Assembly (NCBI RefSeq): GCF_000829315.1
Contig: NZ_AP013028.1
Coordinates: 210,001-242,000, forward strand
DNA length: 32,000 nucleotides
Reading direction: 5' to 3'
From: Wolbachia endosymbiont of Cimex lectularius
Lineage (GTDB): Bacteria; Pseudomonadota; Alphaproteobacteria; Rickettsiales; Anaplasmataceae
This document shows, piece by piece, positions 21,234 through 30,413 of the stretch. The translations under genes and the position numbers were made by a program. Under the pieces are notes generated by a model. It made no database searches, was not told where the DNA came from, and saw nothing but the letters and a program-made list of their open reading frames with translations. Every line of letters begins with the position of its first letter. Positions within the stretch are counted from its first letter, which is position 1.

Positions 21234-21262
21234 TTGGGTAACATTTGCTTTCTGTGTATAAT
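21234..21262 (+). promoter_or_regulatory. Candidate promoter for the PstS-like gene
   Basis: TTGGGT (21234-21239), a 17-bp spacer, then TATAAT (21257-21262), about 120 bp upstream of the ATG at 21384 and right after the repeat tail. Confidence 0.35.
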
Positions 21263-21383
21263 AGCTTAGGTTTTTCAAGATGATGAAAGGTAATGCAAGA
21301 AATTTAACCATGGGAGAAAATTAGGGCTTTTCAGTTTGATCTTTTGTTATAATAATTAAGACTTGTGTTCTTAACTAAAAACG

Positions 21384-22400
21384 ATGCTTAGAGGCTTTCT
21401 CTTGATTTTTATATTTACAGTGTTCATGCCGCTGTCAAACGCTGATGCGAGGAAATATATCAGAATTGTTGGGTCTTCAACTGTTTTTCCTTTTATCTCA
21501 TTTATAGCTGAGGATTTCAACCGTGTATTCTCCTTTAAAACTCCAGTTGTGGAATCAATAGGAAGTGGGCCAGGGTTCAAAATGTTTTGCTCAGGGACAG
21601 GGGAAGACACGCCAGATATTGCTGCTTCGTCTCGTTCTATAAAAAATGCAGAAAGGGAGCTATGTAAAAGGAATAAAGTTGATGAAATGATAGAGATCAT
21701 TATTGGCTATGATGGAGTTGTAATCGCAAATTCTAATCAAAGGCATAGATTTGACTTCTCAAAAAAGGATTTATTTGAAACTTTGTCTGCATATTCTCAA
21801 GAGAATGGTAAGCTGGTAAAAAATAATAAGAAGCTTTGGTCTGATGTAAGCCAGACCTTACCAAAAACAGAAATTGAAATTTATGGTCCACATCAAAATA
21901 CAGGTACGTACGAAACTTTGATTAATTCTATTATGCTCGATCAATACTCATGCATGAACTCAAGAATTTTCAAAGAGAATTATGAAAACCAGGAGGAAAG
22001 AAAGAAAGCTTGTAGCAGTATAAGGGACGATGGAAGGTATAAGGAAGTTGGGATTAATGAAAACATAATAATACAAAAGTTGAAAAGCAACAAGAATGCT
22101 TTGGGAATATTTAGTTTTAGTTTTTTGATGAGGAACCAGGATAAAATACAAGGAAGCACAATTGCAGGAATTGAGCCAACTTACGAAAATATATCATCGG
22201 GAAAATATATATTAGCAAGGCCTCTGTATCTTTATATAAAGAAAGAACACTTGAGTACTGTTGATGGATTAAGAGAGTTCATTAGAGAAGTTATCGATTC
22301 TATCAGTACTGAAGATGGGTACCTATCCAAGCTCGGTCTGATACCACTTTCAAGTGAAGACATAAAGAAAGTTTCAGCAAAAGTTCATGATATAGTGTAA
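21384..22400 (+). CDS. Periplasmic phosphate-binding protein, PstS/PBP family (orphan, no pstCAB adjacent)
   Basis: 338-aa ORF with a signal peptide (MLRGFLLIFIFTVFMPLSNADA) and PstS-family motifs (IVGSSTVFPF, GSGPGF). Confidence 0.7.
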   Translation: MLRGFLLIFIFTVFMPLSNADARKYIRIVGSSTVFPFISFIAEDFNRVFSFKTPVVESIGSGPGFKMFCSGTGEDTPDIAASSRSIKNAERELCKRNKVDEMIEIIIGYDGVVIANSNQRHRFDFSKKDLFETLSAYSQENGKLVKNNKKLWSDVSQTLPKTEIEIYGPHQNTGTYETLINSIMLDQYSCMNSRIFKENYENQEERKKACSSIRDDGRYKEVGINENIIIQKLKSNKNALGIFSFSFLMRNQDKIQGSTIAGIEPTYENISSGKYILARPLYLYIKKEHLSTVDGLREFIREVIDSISTEDGYLSKLGLIPLSSEDIKKVSAKVHDIV

Positions 22401-23422
22401 TATCTTTTTGCTCTGGAAAGTAACTCTATGGAAAATCATCAGCACTTGCAAACGTTGCGTTCAATTGCATTTATTGTTGGAGTATTTCTATTGGTATTTA
22501 GCTTAACAATGGTCATTCCTGCTATTACTAATAAGTATCTGGGTTACGAGTGGAAAAATTTCCTAGCTGGGTTTGTGATTACTTGCATATCTGACGCAAT
22601 TTTTGTTTTATTAGGTAAATTAAGCAAATTGCATGGAATGCCAGTGGTTTTTGCGATTACCAGTTGTGCTTGGATTGCTTTATCCCTATTTACAGCTATT
22701 CCATTCTATCTTGATAGTCTGGACTATGTTGATGCATTATTTGAAACGATATCTGGCTTTACCACAACAGGGGCAGCTGTATTCAGTGATGTTGAAAAGC
22801 TATCTCCAGGAATATTGCTGTGGAGAGCAATGCTGCATGGTATAGGTGGCTTTGGTATAATTACTATAGGAATTGCAGTTTTTCCCATGCTGAGGGTTCT
22901 GAGTCTAAGTAATTTACTCTATTCTGAATGTTCAGATGTTACAAAAAGAAGGTTACCAAACACGCGAAGTGTAGTGATTCATGCTACAGCAATATATTAT
23001 GGCCTAATTTTGTTGTCATATTTTCCTATTATCTAGCTGGTATGCCATTATTTGATGCAATATGCCACGGAATGTCCGCTGTATCAACTGGTGGATTTGC
23101 TAACTATAACGATTCCATAGGGCACTATAATAATCCTTTACTAGAAGTCATAACAATCATTTTTATGATCTTGGGCTCTCTGCCTTTTCTTAGCTACTTA
23201 AAGATCATAAGACAGTTAGATATTTACCGCGATGAACAGGTCTCTTACTTTACTGGGATAGTCATTGCCTCATCTTTATTTGCTTGTTTTTGGTTGTACA
23301 AAAATGTTGATTTAGGAATATCATTGTCATTTAGATATAGCACATTTACCATCATCTCTTTTATTACGTCAACTGGCTATGTGGTGTGCAATTACGTGGA
23401 TTGGGGCTTTATTTCAGTCTTA

Positions 23423-24282
23423 GAACCTGTTTAAAATCTTGGAAATGTGAGGTAAAGTAAGCATAGATTAATAATGAGGTGTCTATGCAGAAAAGTTATC
23501 CAAGTAATATAAGTCAAGAGCAGTTTGAAAAAATCGGGCCAATTTTGGAGAGTAGCAAGCAGAAAACAAAACCAAGAAAACTTGATTTGTATGACGTATT
23601 TTGTGGGGTGTTGTACGTCTTAAAAAGTGGTTGTCAGTGGAGGATGTTACCAAAGGGTTTTCCAAGATGGGAAAGCGTATATTACTATTTTCGAGTGTGG
23701 AGTAAAAAGAATGGAGAAGAGCCAAGCTTGTTGGAATTAGTCTTAAAAAAAATTAGTTGGAGAGGTCCGTATCAGCAATGGTCGGAAAGAGAAAACTAGC
23801 TTTTGTATAATTGATTCTCAAAGCGTTAAAAACGCAGATACTGCTGAAAAAAAAAGGCTATGATGCAGGTAAAAAGATTTCAGGGATAAAGCGCCATATT
23901 GCAGTTGATACACAAGGTTTGCCACATGCAATTTATGTAACAACGGCAGAAGCAACTGACCGTAGCAGTGCTGTGAAAATGGTCGAAAATGCTAAAGCAA
24001 ACCTCTCTGAAGTTAAAAACATACTGGTTGATGCTGGCTACACAGGAGAAAATTTTGTAACACAAATAAAAGCTATCATTGGTGCGACTGTTGAAGTAAT
24101 AAAGCGAAGTGAGTTACACACTTTCGTCGTATTGCCAAAAAGATGGGTTGTTGAACGCTCTTTTGTCTGGTAGAAAAGTGCAGGCGATTGTGGAAAAATT
24201 GCGAGCGGAAGCTCAACACTAGCTTACAGATGATAGTCCTCTCCTTCATTTCTCTCCTGTTACGAAGATTTTAAACAGGTTC
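23423..24282 (+). mobile_element. IS5-family insertion sequence, copy 1 (degenerate), 860 bp
   Basis: 18-bp perfect terminal inverted repeats (GAACCTGTTTAAAATCTT). TTA duplication at 23420-23422 and 24283-24285. Relative to copies 2-4 it has A9 instead of A8 at 23847-23855, a missing T near 24170, and amino-acid changes. Confidence 0.9.
23485..24274 (+). pseudogene. IS5-family DDE transposase, inactivated copy
   Basis: orfA is intact (MQKSYPSNISQEQFEKIG...). The orfB frame is broken by the extra A (23847-23855) and by a 1-nt deletion that creates a premature TAG (ERSFVW*). Confidence 0.8.
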
Positions 24283-24830
24283 TTAGCTTTTTTTCTAACC
24301 TTTATTGGTGGATGTGGTGGTTCTGCAAGTGGTGGAATCAAAATCTTCCGTTTGATTGTTTTTTTAAGATCTATAGGAAATCGCTTTCGCCTTTTATTAG
24401 ATCCTAATGCAGGTGATAGGGTGAAATTTAATGGTAAAATTTTAGAAGATGATGAAGTTCACTCTATCTTTACGTTTTTTACAATTTACATATTAACGTT
24501 CACTATATCATCAATAGTGATGTCTTACTTAGGCAATACGGACTTTATAACTAGCATTAGTGCGGTCTCTGCAACGCTTACAAACTCTGGTCCAGGGTTC
24601 AGTAACTTAATCGGGCCTTCAGGTAATTGTTCCTCCTTCAGCAGTGGAGTAAAACTATTTCTGTCGTTTTTAATGCTGCTTGGCAGGCTTGAAATATTGC
24701 CAATCTATTTTTGTATAGGCAACTTGCTCTTATTTAACAGAAGAGAATAGTTTAGCTGCCTAAAAGGCTCACTTTTACCCACAAATATAAAAAGTGAGTA
24801 AGATAGATACCAAATAAATTTGGTGTCAAA

Positions 24831-25908
24831 ATGAGTGAAGTAAGTACAAATGCGCAATATACTGATGGCTTAGGGGATAAATGGCTGGAAAGAGAGTTAA
24901 AACACGTTAACTTGGGGGATATAAGGCTCAATAAGAGACTTATTAAAACAAGCTATTGTATAGAGGGTAAGGCATCTGAATCAAAGCTGTAGTAGATGGA
25001 AAGAAGCCAAGGGTGCGTACAGATTATTTAGCCATGAAAAGCTCAAGGATAATGAAATTTATTCTTCTCATTATAAAGAAACTATGGAGAGAATAAAAGG
25101 AAATCAGTTTGTTTTTTCAGTTCAAGATACAAGTTATTTGGATTTTGACTCTCATATAAAAACCAAGAGGCTAGGTAGTATTTCTAAAGCTTATACGAAG
25201 CATAAAATGGGTTTAATGTTGCCATAGTGCCTTAATACTCAACAAGACCTTTAGGTTTATCCTCCCAACAGTGTTGGGCGCGTTCTATTAGGGAAGAAGA
25301 AACACACAGGAAAAAGCACACAGAAAATACTGTACTTCCATAGAAGAAAAAGAAAGTTATAAATGGATAACAGCTCTCAAAGAAACTATAAACAACCTTC
25401 CTCCAAATGTACAACTTGTTACTCTTGGTGATAGGGAGGCAGATATCTTCAAATTTTTATGGGTTACTGAGACGTTAGGTAGTTTTTATGTAATCCGTAA
25501 TCGAGCTAATAGAAAGTTTATCTGTACTGAAGTTGGTAAAACAGACTTGCAAACACGCATCGCTCAACTGCCAGTAAAAAAGAAAATTTCTCTGGAGGTT
25601 ATTAAAGGTGGGCACCAGAAGTCAAGAAAAGCTAATATTGAAGTTAAGTATATGAAAGGTTATATACCCATCAGAGCTCCTTACATTTATGGATCAAAAG
25701 ATACAGCACATAAAATAAGTGATAAAATCCCTGTATATGTGGTAAGTGCAAAAGAAACAAATCCTCCTGAAGGGTTGGAAACTATTGATTGGACCTTACT
25801 AACTAATGTACCGGTTAATAACACTTTAGATGCCATAGAAAGAATAAATTGGTATAAGCTAAGATGGAAAATAGAAGAGTACTTTAGAGTTTTAAAATCA
25901 GGATGTAA
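24831..25908 (+). pseudogene. IS4-family (Tn5/IS50-like) transposase, frameshifted and 3'-truncated
   Basis: Pieces in three frames align to the Tn5 transposase: LGDIRLNKRL, KGAYRLFSHE, FSVQDTSYLDF (first D), EEKESYKW, LGDREADIF (second D) and YKLRWKIEEYFRVLKSGC (E). There are stops at 24990-24995 and at least three frame changes. It ends abruptly at the IS5-type copy 2 boundary (25909). Confidence 0.82.
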
Positions 25909-26768
25909 GAACTTGTTTAAAATCTTCGTAACAGGAGAGAAATGAAGGAGAGGACTATCATCTGTAAGCTAGTGTTGAGCTTCCGCTCGCAATTTTTCCA
26001 CAATCGCCTGCACTTTTCTAACCAGGCAAAAGAGCGTTCAACAACCCATCTTTTTGGCAATACGACGAAAGTGTGTAACTCACTTCGCTTTATTACTTCA
26101 ACAGTCGCACCAATGATAGCTTTTATTTGTGTTGCAAAATTTTCTCCTGTGTAGCCAGCATCAACCAGTATGTTTTTAACTTCAGAGAGGTTTGCTTTAG
26201 CATTTTCGACCATTTTCACAGCACTGCTACGGTCAGTTGCTTCTGCCGTTGTTACATAAATTGCATGTGGCAAACCTTGTGTATCAACTGCAATATGGCG
26301 CTTTATCCCTGAAATCTTTTTACCTGCATCATAGCCTTTTTTTTCAGCAGTATCTGCGTTTTTAACGCTTTGAGAATCAATTATACAAAAGCTAGTTTTC
26401 TCTTTCCGACCATTGCTGATACGGACCTCTCCAACTAATTTTTTTTAAGACTAATTCCAACAAGCTTGGCTCTTCTCCACTCTTTTTACTCCACACTCGA
26501 AAATAGTAATATACGCTTTCCCATCTTGGAAAACCCTTTGGTAACATCCTCCACTGACAACCACTTTTTAAGACGTACAACACCCCACAAAATACGTCAT
26601 ACAAATCAAGTTTTCTTGGTTTTGTTTTCTGCTTGCTACTCTCCAAAATTGGCCTGATTTTTTCAAACTGCTCTTGACTTATATTACTTGGATAACTTTT
26701 CTGCATAGACACCTCATTATTAATCTATGCTTACTTTACCTCACATTTCCAAGATTTTAAACAGGTTC
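25909..26768 (-). mobile_element. IS5-family insertion sequence, copy 2, 860 bp
   Basis: Same element, inverted. One inverted-repeat mismatch (GAACTTG, T at 25913). The flanks are TAA (25906-25908) and TTA (26769-26771), so there is no matching duplication. Confidence 0.9.
25917..26706 (-). CDS. IS5-family DDE transposase (orfA/orfB, needs a frameshift in the A8 tract)
   Basis: orfA runs 26392-26706 and the orfB frame is open down to 25917. DDE residues lie in IIDSQSVK, LVDAGYTG and VVERSFAWL. The T8 run on the + strand at 26439-26446 is the shift site. Confidence 0.85.
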
Positions 26769-26791
26769 TTAAGCAAATTACCTGCTAATTG

Positions 26792-27258
26792 CAATGTTCG
26801 TACAGTTGTGCGCGTGACGCTAGAATCTAAGGTGAAAAAAGTGTAGATCCTAGTGTCAGCTACTGGGATGACGGGAGAAGGGGTGCTGGAGTGACAACAT
26901 TTGTTGTAAAAATAAATGTTCGTTCATGAATTGCAACTAGCTATAAACATTAAAAAATTTACCAAACAGAAAAAAAGGTAAAGAACCCCCGAGTGGCGAG
27001 CTTTGACTCTATAATACTTTAAATTGGCGCTATAATAATTTACTGACGCTTAGTTTAAGCGCGATTTGACTGAATGTAGAAAAAATGAAAAAGACATGCA
27101 GCCGCTATAATTTGATACAATCCGCCAAAAAATACCCTGAGTTTTTTACTGAATTTTGTCATTGAGCCTGCAGATCAAAAACAAGTTTTGAGTTAGAAAT
27201 ACCCTTGTTACTATAGTAACGAAATTATTAGAATTTGTCAAGTAGTTTTTTTGTTTCA
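26792..27258 (+). repeat. Composite intergenic repeat, locus C (head + palindromic units + one unit + tail)
   Basis: The 21-mer head at 26792-26812 is identical to 1515-1535. Degenerate GC-rich palindromic units lie at 26808-26895. The unit starts at 26933. The tail TTGTCAAGTAG-T7 lies at 27235-27252. Confidence 0.75.
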
Positions 27259-27741
27259 CAACATACCAAAAACTGGCTAGTTATGCGAGAGTCTATTGCA
27301 GCAACGGTGAACTCTGTTTCTCAGGACTTGAAGTGTTGCGACTGTTGCACTGTTTGTACAGATTTCATAATTGAATCTGGTGATGCGCTTCTACCTTTCC
27401 TTAATTCACGAATATATTGATCATCTTTTGAGTCGAAGTTCTTCCTGCTCTTACTCATTTCATTCTTTAAGTCTTCATATATCTCTTTTAGCGCTCTCTT
27501 GTCTTCTTTCTCTTTTATGTTACCACTTTGCAATAGACTTTTAACCTGATATGCATCATATCTGAGCAAGGTTTGTTTATCTTCATACATAGGATTAGCT
27601 CTATCTAGGATTTCCTGAAGGAATTTGTACACAAAAGATCTTGAATTCAGGAAGTCATGACAGTTATCGCATGTATAGTGTCCATACTGCCGAAAATGCT
27701 CTTGTACTATTTTATCTATTCCCTCTAGATGTTTATTATTA

Positions 27742-28601
27742 GAACCTGTTTAAAATCTTGGAAATGTGAGGTAAAGTAAGCATAGATTAATAATGAGGTG
27801 TCTATGCAGAAAAGTTATCCAAGTAATATAAGTCAAGAGCAGTTTGAAAAAATCAGGCCAATTTTGGAGAGTAGCAAGCAGAAAACAAAACCAAGAAAAC
27901 TTGATTTGTATGACGTATTTTGTGGGGTGTTGTACGTCTTAAAAAGTGGTTGTCAGTGGAGGATGTTACCAAAGGGTTTTCCAAGATGGGAAAGCGTATA
28001 TTACTATTTTCGAGTGTGGAGTAAAAAGAATGGAGAAGAGCCAAGCTTGTTGGAATTAGTCTTAAAAAAAATTAGTTGGAGAGGTCCGTATCAGCAATGG
28101 TCGGAAAGAGAAAACTAGCTTTTGTATAATTGATTCTCAAAGCGTTAAAAACGCAGATACTGCTGAAAAAAAAGGCTATGATGCAGGTAAAAAGATTTCA
28201 GGGATAAAGCGCCATATTGCAGTTGATACACAAGGTTTGCCACATGCAATTTATGTAACAACGGCAGAAGCAACTGACCGTAGCAGTGCTGTGAAAATGG
28301 TCGAAAATGCTAAAGCAAACCTCTCTGAAGTTAAAAACATACTGGTTGATGCTGGCTACACAGGAGAAAATTTTGCAACACAAATAAAAGCTATCATTGG
28401 TGCGACTGTTGAAGTAATAAAGCGAAGTGAGTTACACACTTTCGTTGTATTGCCAAAAAGATGGGTTGTTGAACGCTCTTTTGCCTGGTTAGAAAAGTGC
28501 AGGCGATTGTGGAAAAATTGCGAGCGGAAGCTCAACACTAGCTTACAGATGATAGTCCTCTCCTTCATTTCTCTCCTGTTACGAAGATTTTAAACAGGTT
28601 C
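27742..28601 (+). mobile_element. IS5-family insertion sequence, copy 3, 860 bp
   Basis: Perfect 18-bp inverted repeats. TTA duplication at 27739-27741 and 28602-28604. Confidence 0.93.
27804..28593 (+). CDS. IS5-family DDE transposase (orfA/orfB, needs a frameshift in the A8 tract)
   Basis: The ATG at 27804 follows a GAGG. orfA ends at 28118. orfB lies in the +1 frame, open from 28072 to 28593. The A8 tract is at 28064-28071. Confidence 0.87.
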
Positions 28602-28886
28602 TTAGAGTTACTTGCATCACAAGATTTATTTACAAAGTCTAAAATTCTTGAGTCTTTGTCACTTTCAAACTTTCTATCAAGCTCAACTCTCCATCTAGCT
28701 CTTGTTACTTTCTCTAATTGAGAATTCAGCTCCTTCTCTTTAGCTTTCTGTTCTTTGGACTTTATAAATATAAATGCTTTACTCTGCTTCTTAAGGCTAG
28801 TGAGCTTCCATCGCAAATCATTTTGTCTATCCTGTAGAGCTTTAATTCGATCATCAAGGCTAACAGTTTGCTCAACTTTTTTCTGA

Positions 28887-29746
28887 GAACCTGTTTAAAA
28901 TCTTCGTAACAGGAGAGAAATGAAGGAGAGGACTATCATCTGTAAGCTAGTGTTGAGCTTCCGCTCGCAATTTTTCCACAATCGCCTGCACTTTTCTAAC
29001 CAGGCAAAAGAGCGTTCAACAACCCATCTTTTTGGCAATACGACGAAAGTGTGTAACTCACTTCGCTTTATTACTTCAACAGTCGCACCAATGATAGCTT
29101 TTATTTGTGTTGCAAAATTTTCTCCTGTGTAGCCAGCATCAACCAGTATGTTTTTAACTTCAGAGAGGTTTGCTTTAGCATTTTCGACCATTTTCACAGC
29201 ACTGCTACGGTCAGTTGCTTCTGCCGTTGTTACATAAATTGCATGTGGCAAACCTTGTGTATCAACTGCAATATGGCGCTTTATCCCTGAAATCTTTTTA
29301 CCTGCATCATAGCCTTTTTTTTCAGCAGTATCTGCGTTTTTAACGCTTTGAGAATCAATTATACAAAAGCTAGTTTTCTCTTTCCGACCATTGCTGATAC
29401 GGACCTCTCCAACTAATTTTTTTTAAGACTAATTCCAACAAGCTTGGCTCTTCTCCATTCTTTTTACTCCACACTCGAAAATAGTAATATACGCTTTCCC
29501 ATCTTGGAAAACCCTTTGGTAACATCCTCCACTGACAACCACTTTTTAAGACGTACAACACCCCACAAAATACGTCATACAAATCAAGTTTTCTTGGTTT
29601 TGTTTTCTGCTTGCTACTCTCCAAAATTGGCCTGATTTTTTCAAACTGCTCTTGACTTATATTACTTGGATAACTTTTCTGCATAGACACCTCATTATTA
29701 ATCTATGCTTACTTTACCTCACATTTCCAAGATTTTAAACAGGTTC
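28887..29746 (-). mobile_element. IS5-family insertion sequence, copy 4, 860 bp
   Basis: Perfect 18-bp inverted repeats. TGA duplication at 28884-28886 and 29747-29749. Confidence 0.93.
28895..29684 (-). CDS. IS5-family DDE transposase (orfA/orfB, needs a frameshift in the A8 tract)
   Basis: orfA and orfB translations are identical to copy 3. The T8 run on the + strand lies at 29417-29424. Confidence 0.87.
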
Positions 29747-30413
29747 TGAGGTTTGCTTTCTGTCTGAGAAAACTCTTTCCTGAGTGTAGTAGAGTTATTT
29801 GGCTTTTTAGAAATAGTTGGAACTTCAACTTTTTTTGGCTAAGCACCTTCCTACCACTCCTTCCAATTCCAGCAAGCTTTTGCTGGCTTGAGTTCTGCAG
29901 TTGTTGTTGATATTTGTCATCTTTTACTGCATTGTACGATATCTCGCTTTTACTTGATATCGAGCTTGTATCAAGCATTTCGCTGTCACTTATTGTGCTG
30001 GAGCTTGACGATATTCCACTATCACTTGATATTGATACTGCATCAGAGTCAATGCTAAAAGTTGACAAGGAGTGGGTTCTATCTTTTCCAGGAATTCGGC
30101 TATTTGTTTTAGCTTTTGATCTAACTTTTATTGGTATTGTTTCACTTTTGACTGAAGTGGAGTCAAAAATAATCGGGCTACTGATAGCCTTTATAGGCTG
30201 ACCAGCTGATTTCGACCTTTTTGATTTTCCCGTCTTTTTACTCATTTCAAACCCTCAATTCATTACCAATACAACTTAATTTTAAATGATAACTATTAAC
30301 TATGCATGAATATTATTTTTGGCAAAGTCTCTTGCGATGCTCAAAAGTAGAAACAAAGGCTTGATTTTTATATCCAAATAATAGACTATCAAAGGCACAC
30401 ATAAATATCTACA

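Larger units (their letters stand above)
22428..24750 (+). pseudogene. trkH: TrkH-type K+ uptake protein, disrupted by a 1-nt frameshift and an IS insertion
   Basis: Three fragments read as one TrkH. The first is 22428 to about 23010 (...GFTTTGAAVF...). The second is about 23009 to 23422 in another frame (...YYLAGMPLFDAICHGMSAVSTGGF...). The third is 24286 to 24750 (...FIGGCGGSASGGIKIFR...GRLEILP). The frame shifts at the T4 run 23008-23011. The IS at 23423-24282 is flanked by a TTA duplication, and removing it restores GTC TTA GCT in frame. Confidence 0.88.
27321..30245 (-). pseudogene. ORFan Ser/Lys-rich + coiled-coil protein gene, split by two IS copies and an A7 frameshift
   Basis: Fragments 29750-30245, 28605-28886 and 27321-27741 join in frame once the IS copies and one copy of each duplication are removed. 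One extra A in the A7 run (T7 at 29830-29836 on the + strand) gives 1200 nt, or 399 codons. Confidence 0.75.

Noticed and set aside
22633-22845. 70-aa ORF in an alternative frame inside trkH, and a 61-aa ORF at 27235-27420
   Set aside because: The first lies inside the well-supported TrkH N-terminal frame. The second spans the repeat tail and the antisense strand of the ORFan 3' end. Neither has supporting signals.
23419-24286. Alternative IS boundaries giving a 4- or 5-bp duplication (TTAG / CTTAG)
   Set aside because: Copy 3 has ATTAG on the left and CTTAG on the right, so 5 bp fails. The 4-bp option makes the inverted repeats asymmetric. A 3-bp TNA duplication with symmetric GAACC...GGTTC ends fits copies 1, 3 and 4.
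24768-24798. Inverted repeat CTCACTTTT-N13-AAAAGTGAG between the trkH stop and the IS4-like transposase start
   Set aside because: It could be a trkH terminator or part of the IS4-like left end. There is no T-tract and no recognisable partner end, since the right end of that element is missing. It is left unassigned.
28064-28075. Classical -1 programmed frameshift on A_AAA_AAA joining orfA and orfB of the IS
   Set aside because: The -1 frame reads AAT TAG immediately. The DDE frame is +1 relative to orfA.
23483-29635. Recurrent 61-80-aa ORFs antisense to the IS transposase (for example 23483-23725, 26127-26312, 28356-28568)
   Set aside because: They recur only because the IS is repeated, and they are antisense to the DDE transposase frames.
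20753-30413. Search for a defence, toxin-antitoxin, secretion or other multi-gene 'system' in the accessory zone
   Set aside because: Every ORF of meaningful length is accounted for as a transporter, transposase or the single ORFan. There is no operon-like cluster of unknown genes, no nuclease, ATPase or methylase signatures, and no cas, abi or TA-like pairs.
1320-30413. tRNA, rRNA, tmRNA, RNase P or SRP RNA genes in the intergenic spacers
   Set aside because: By eye I found no cloverleaf-compatible GTTCGA/T-loop motif and no conserved core motif of these RNAs. A tRNAscan or Infernal run would be the definitive check.
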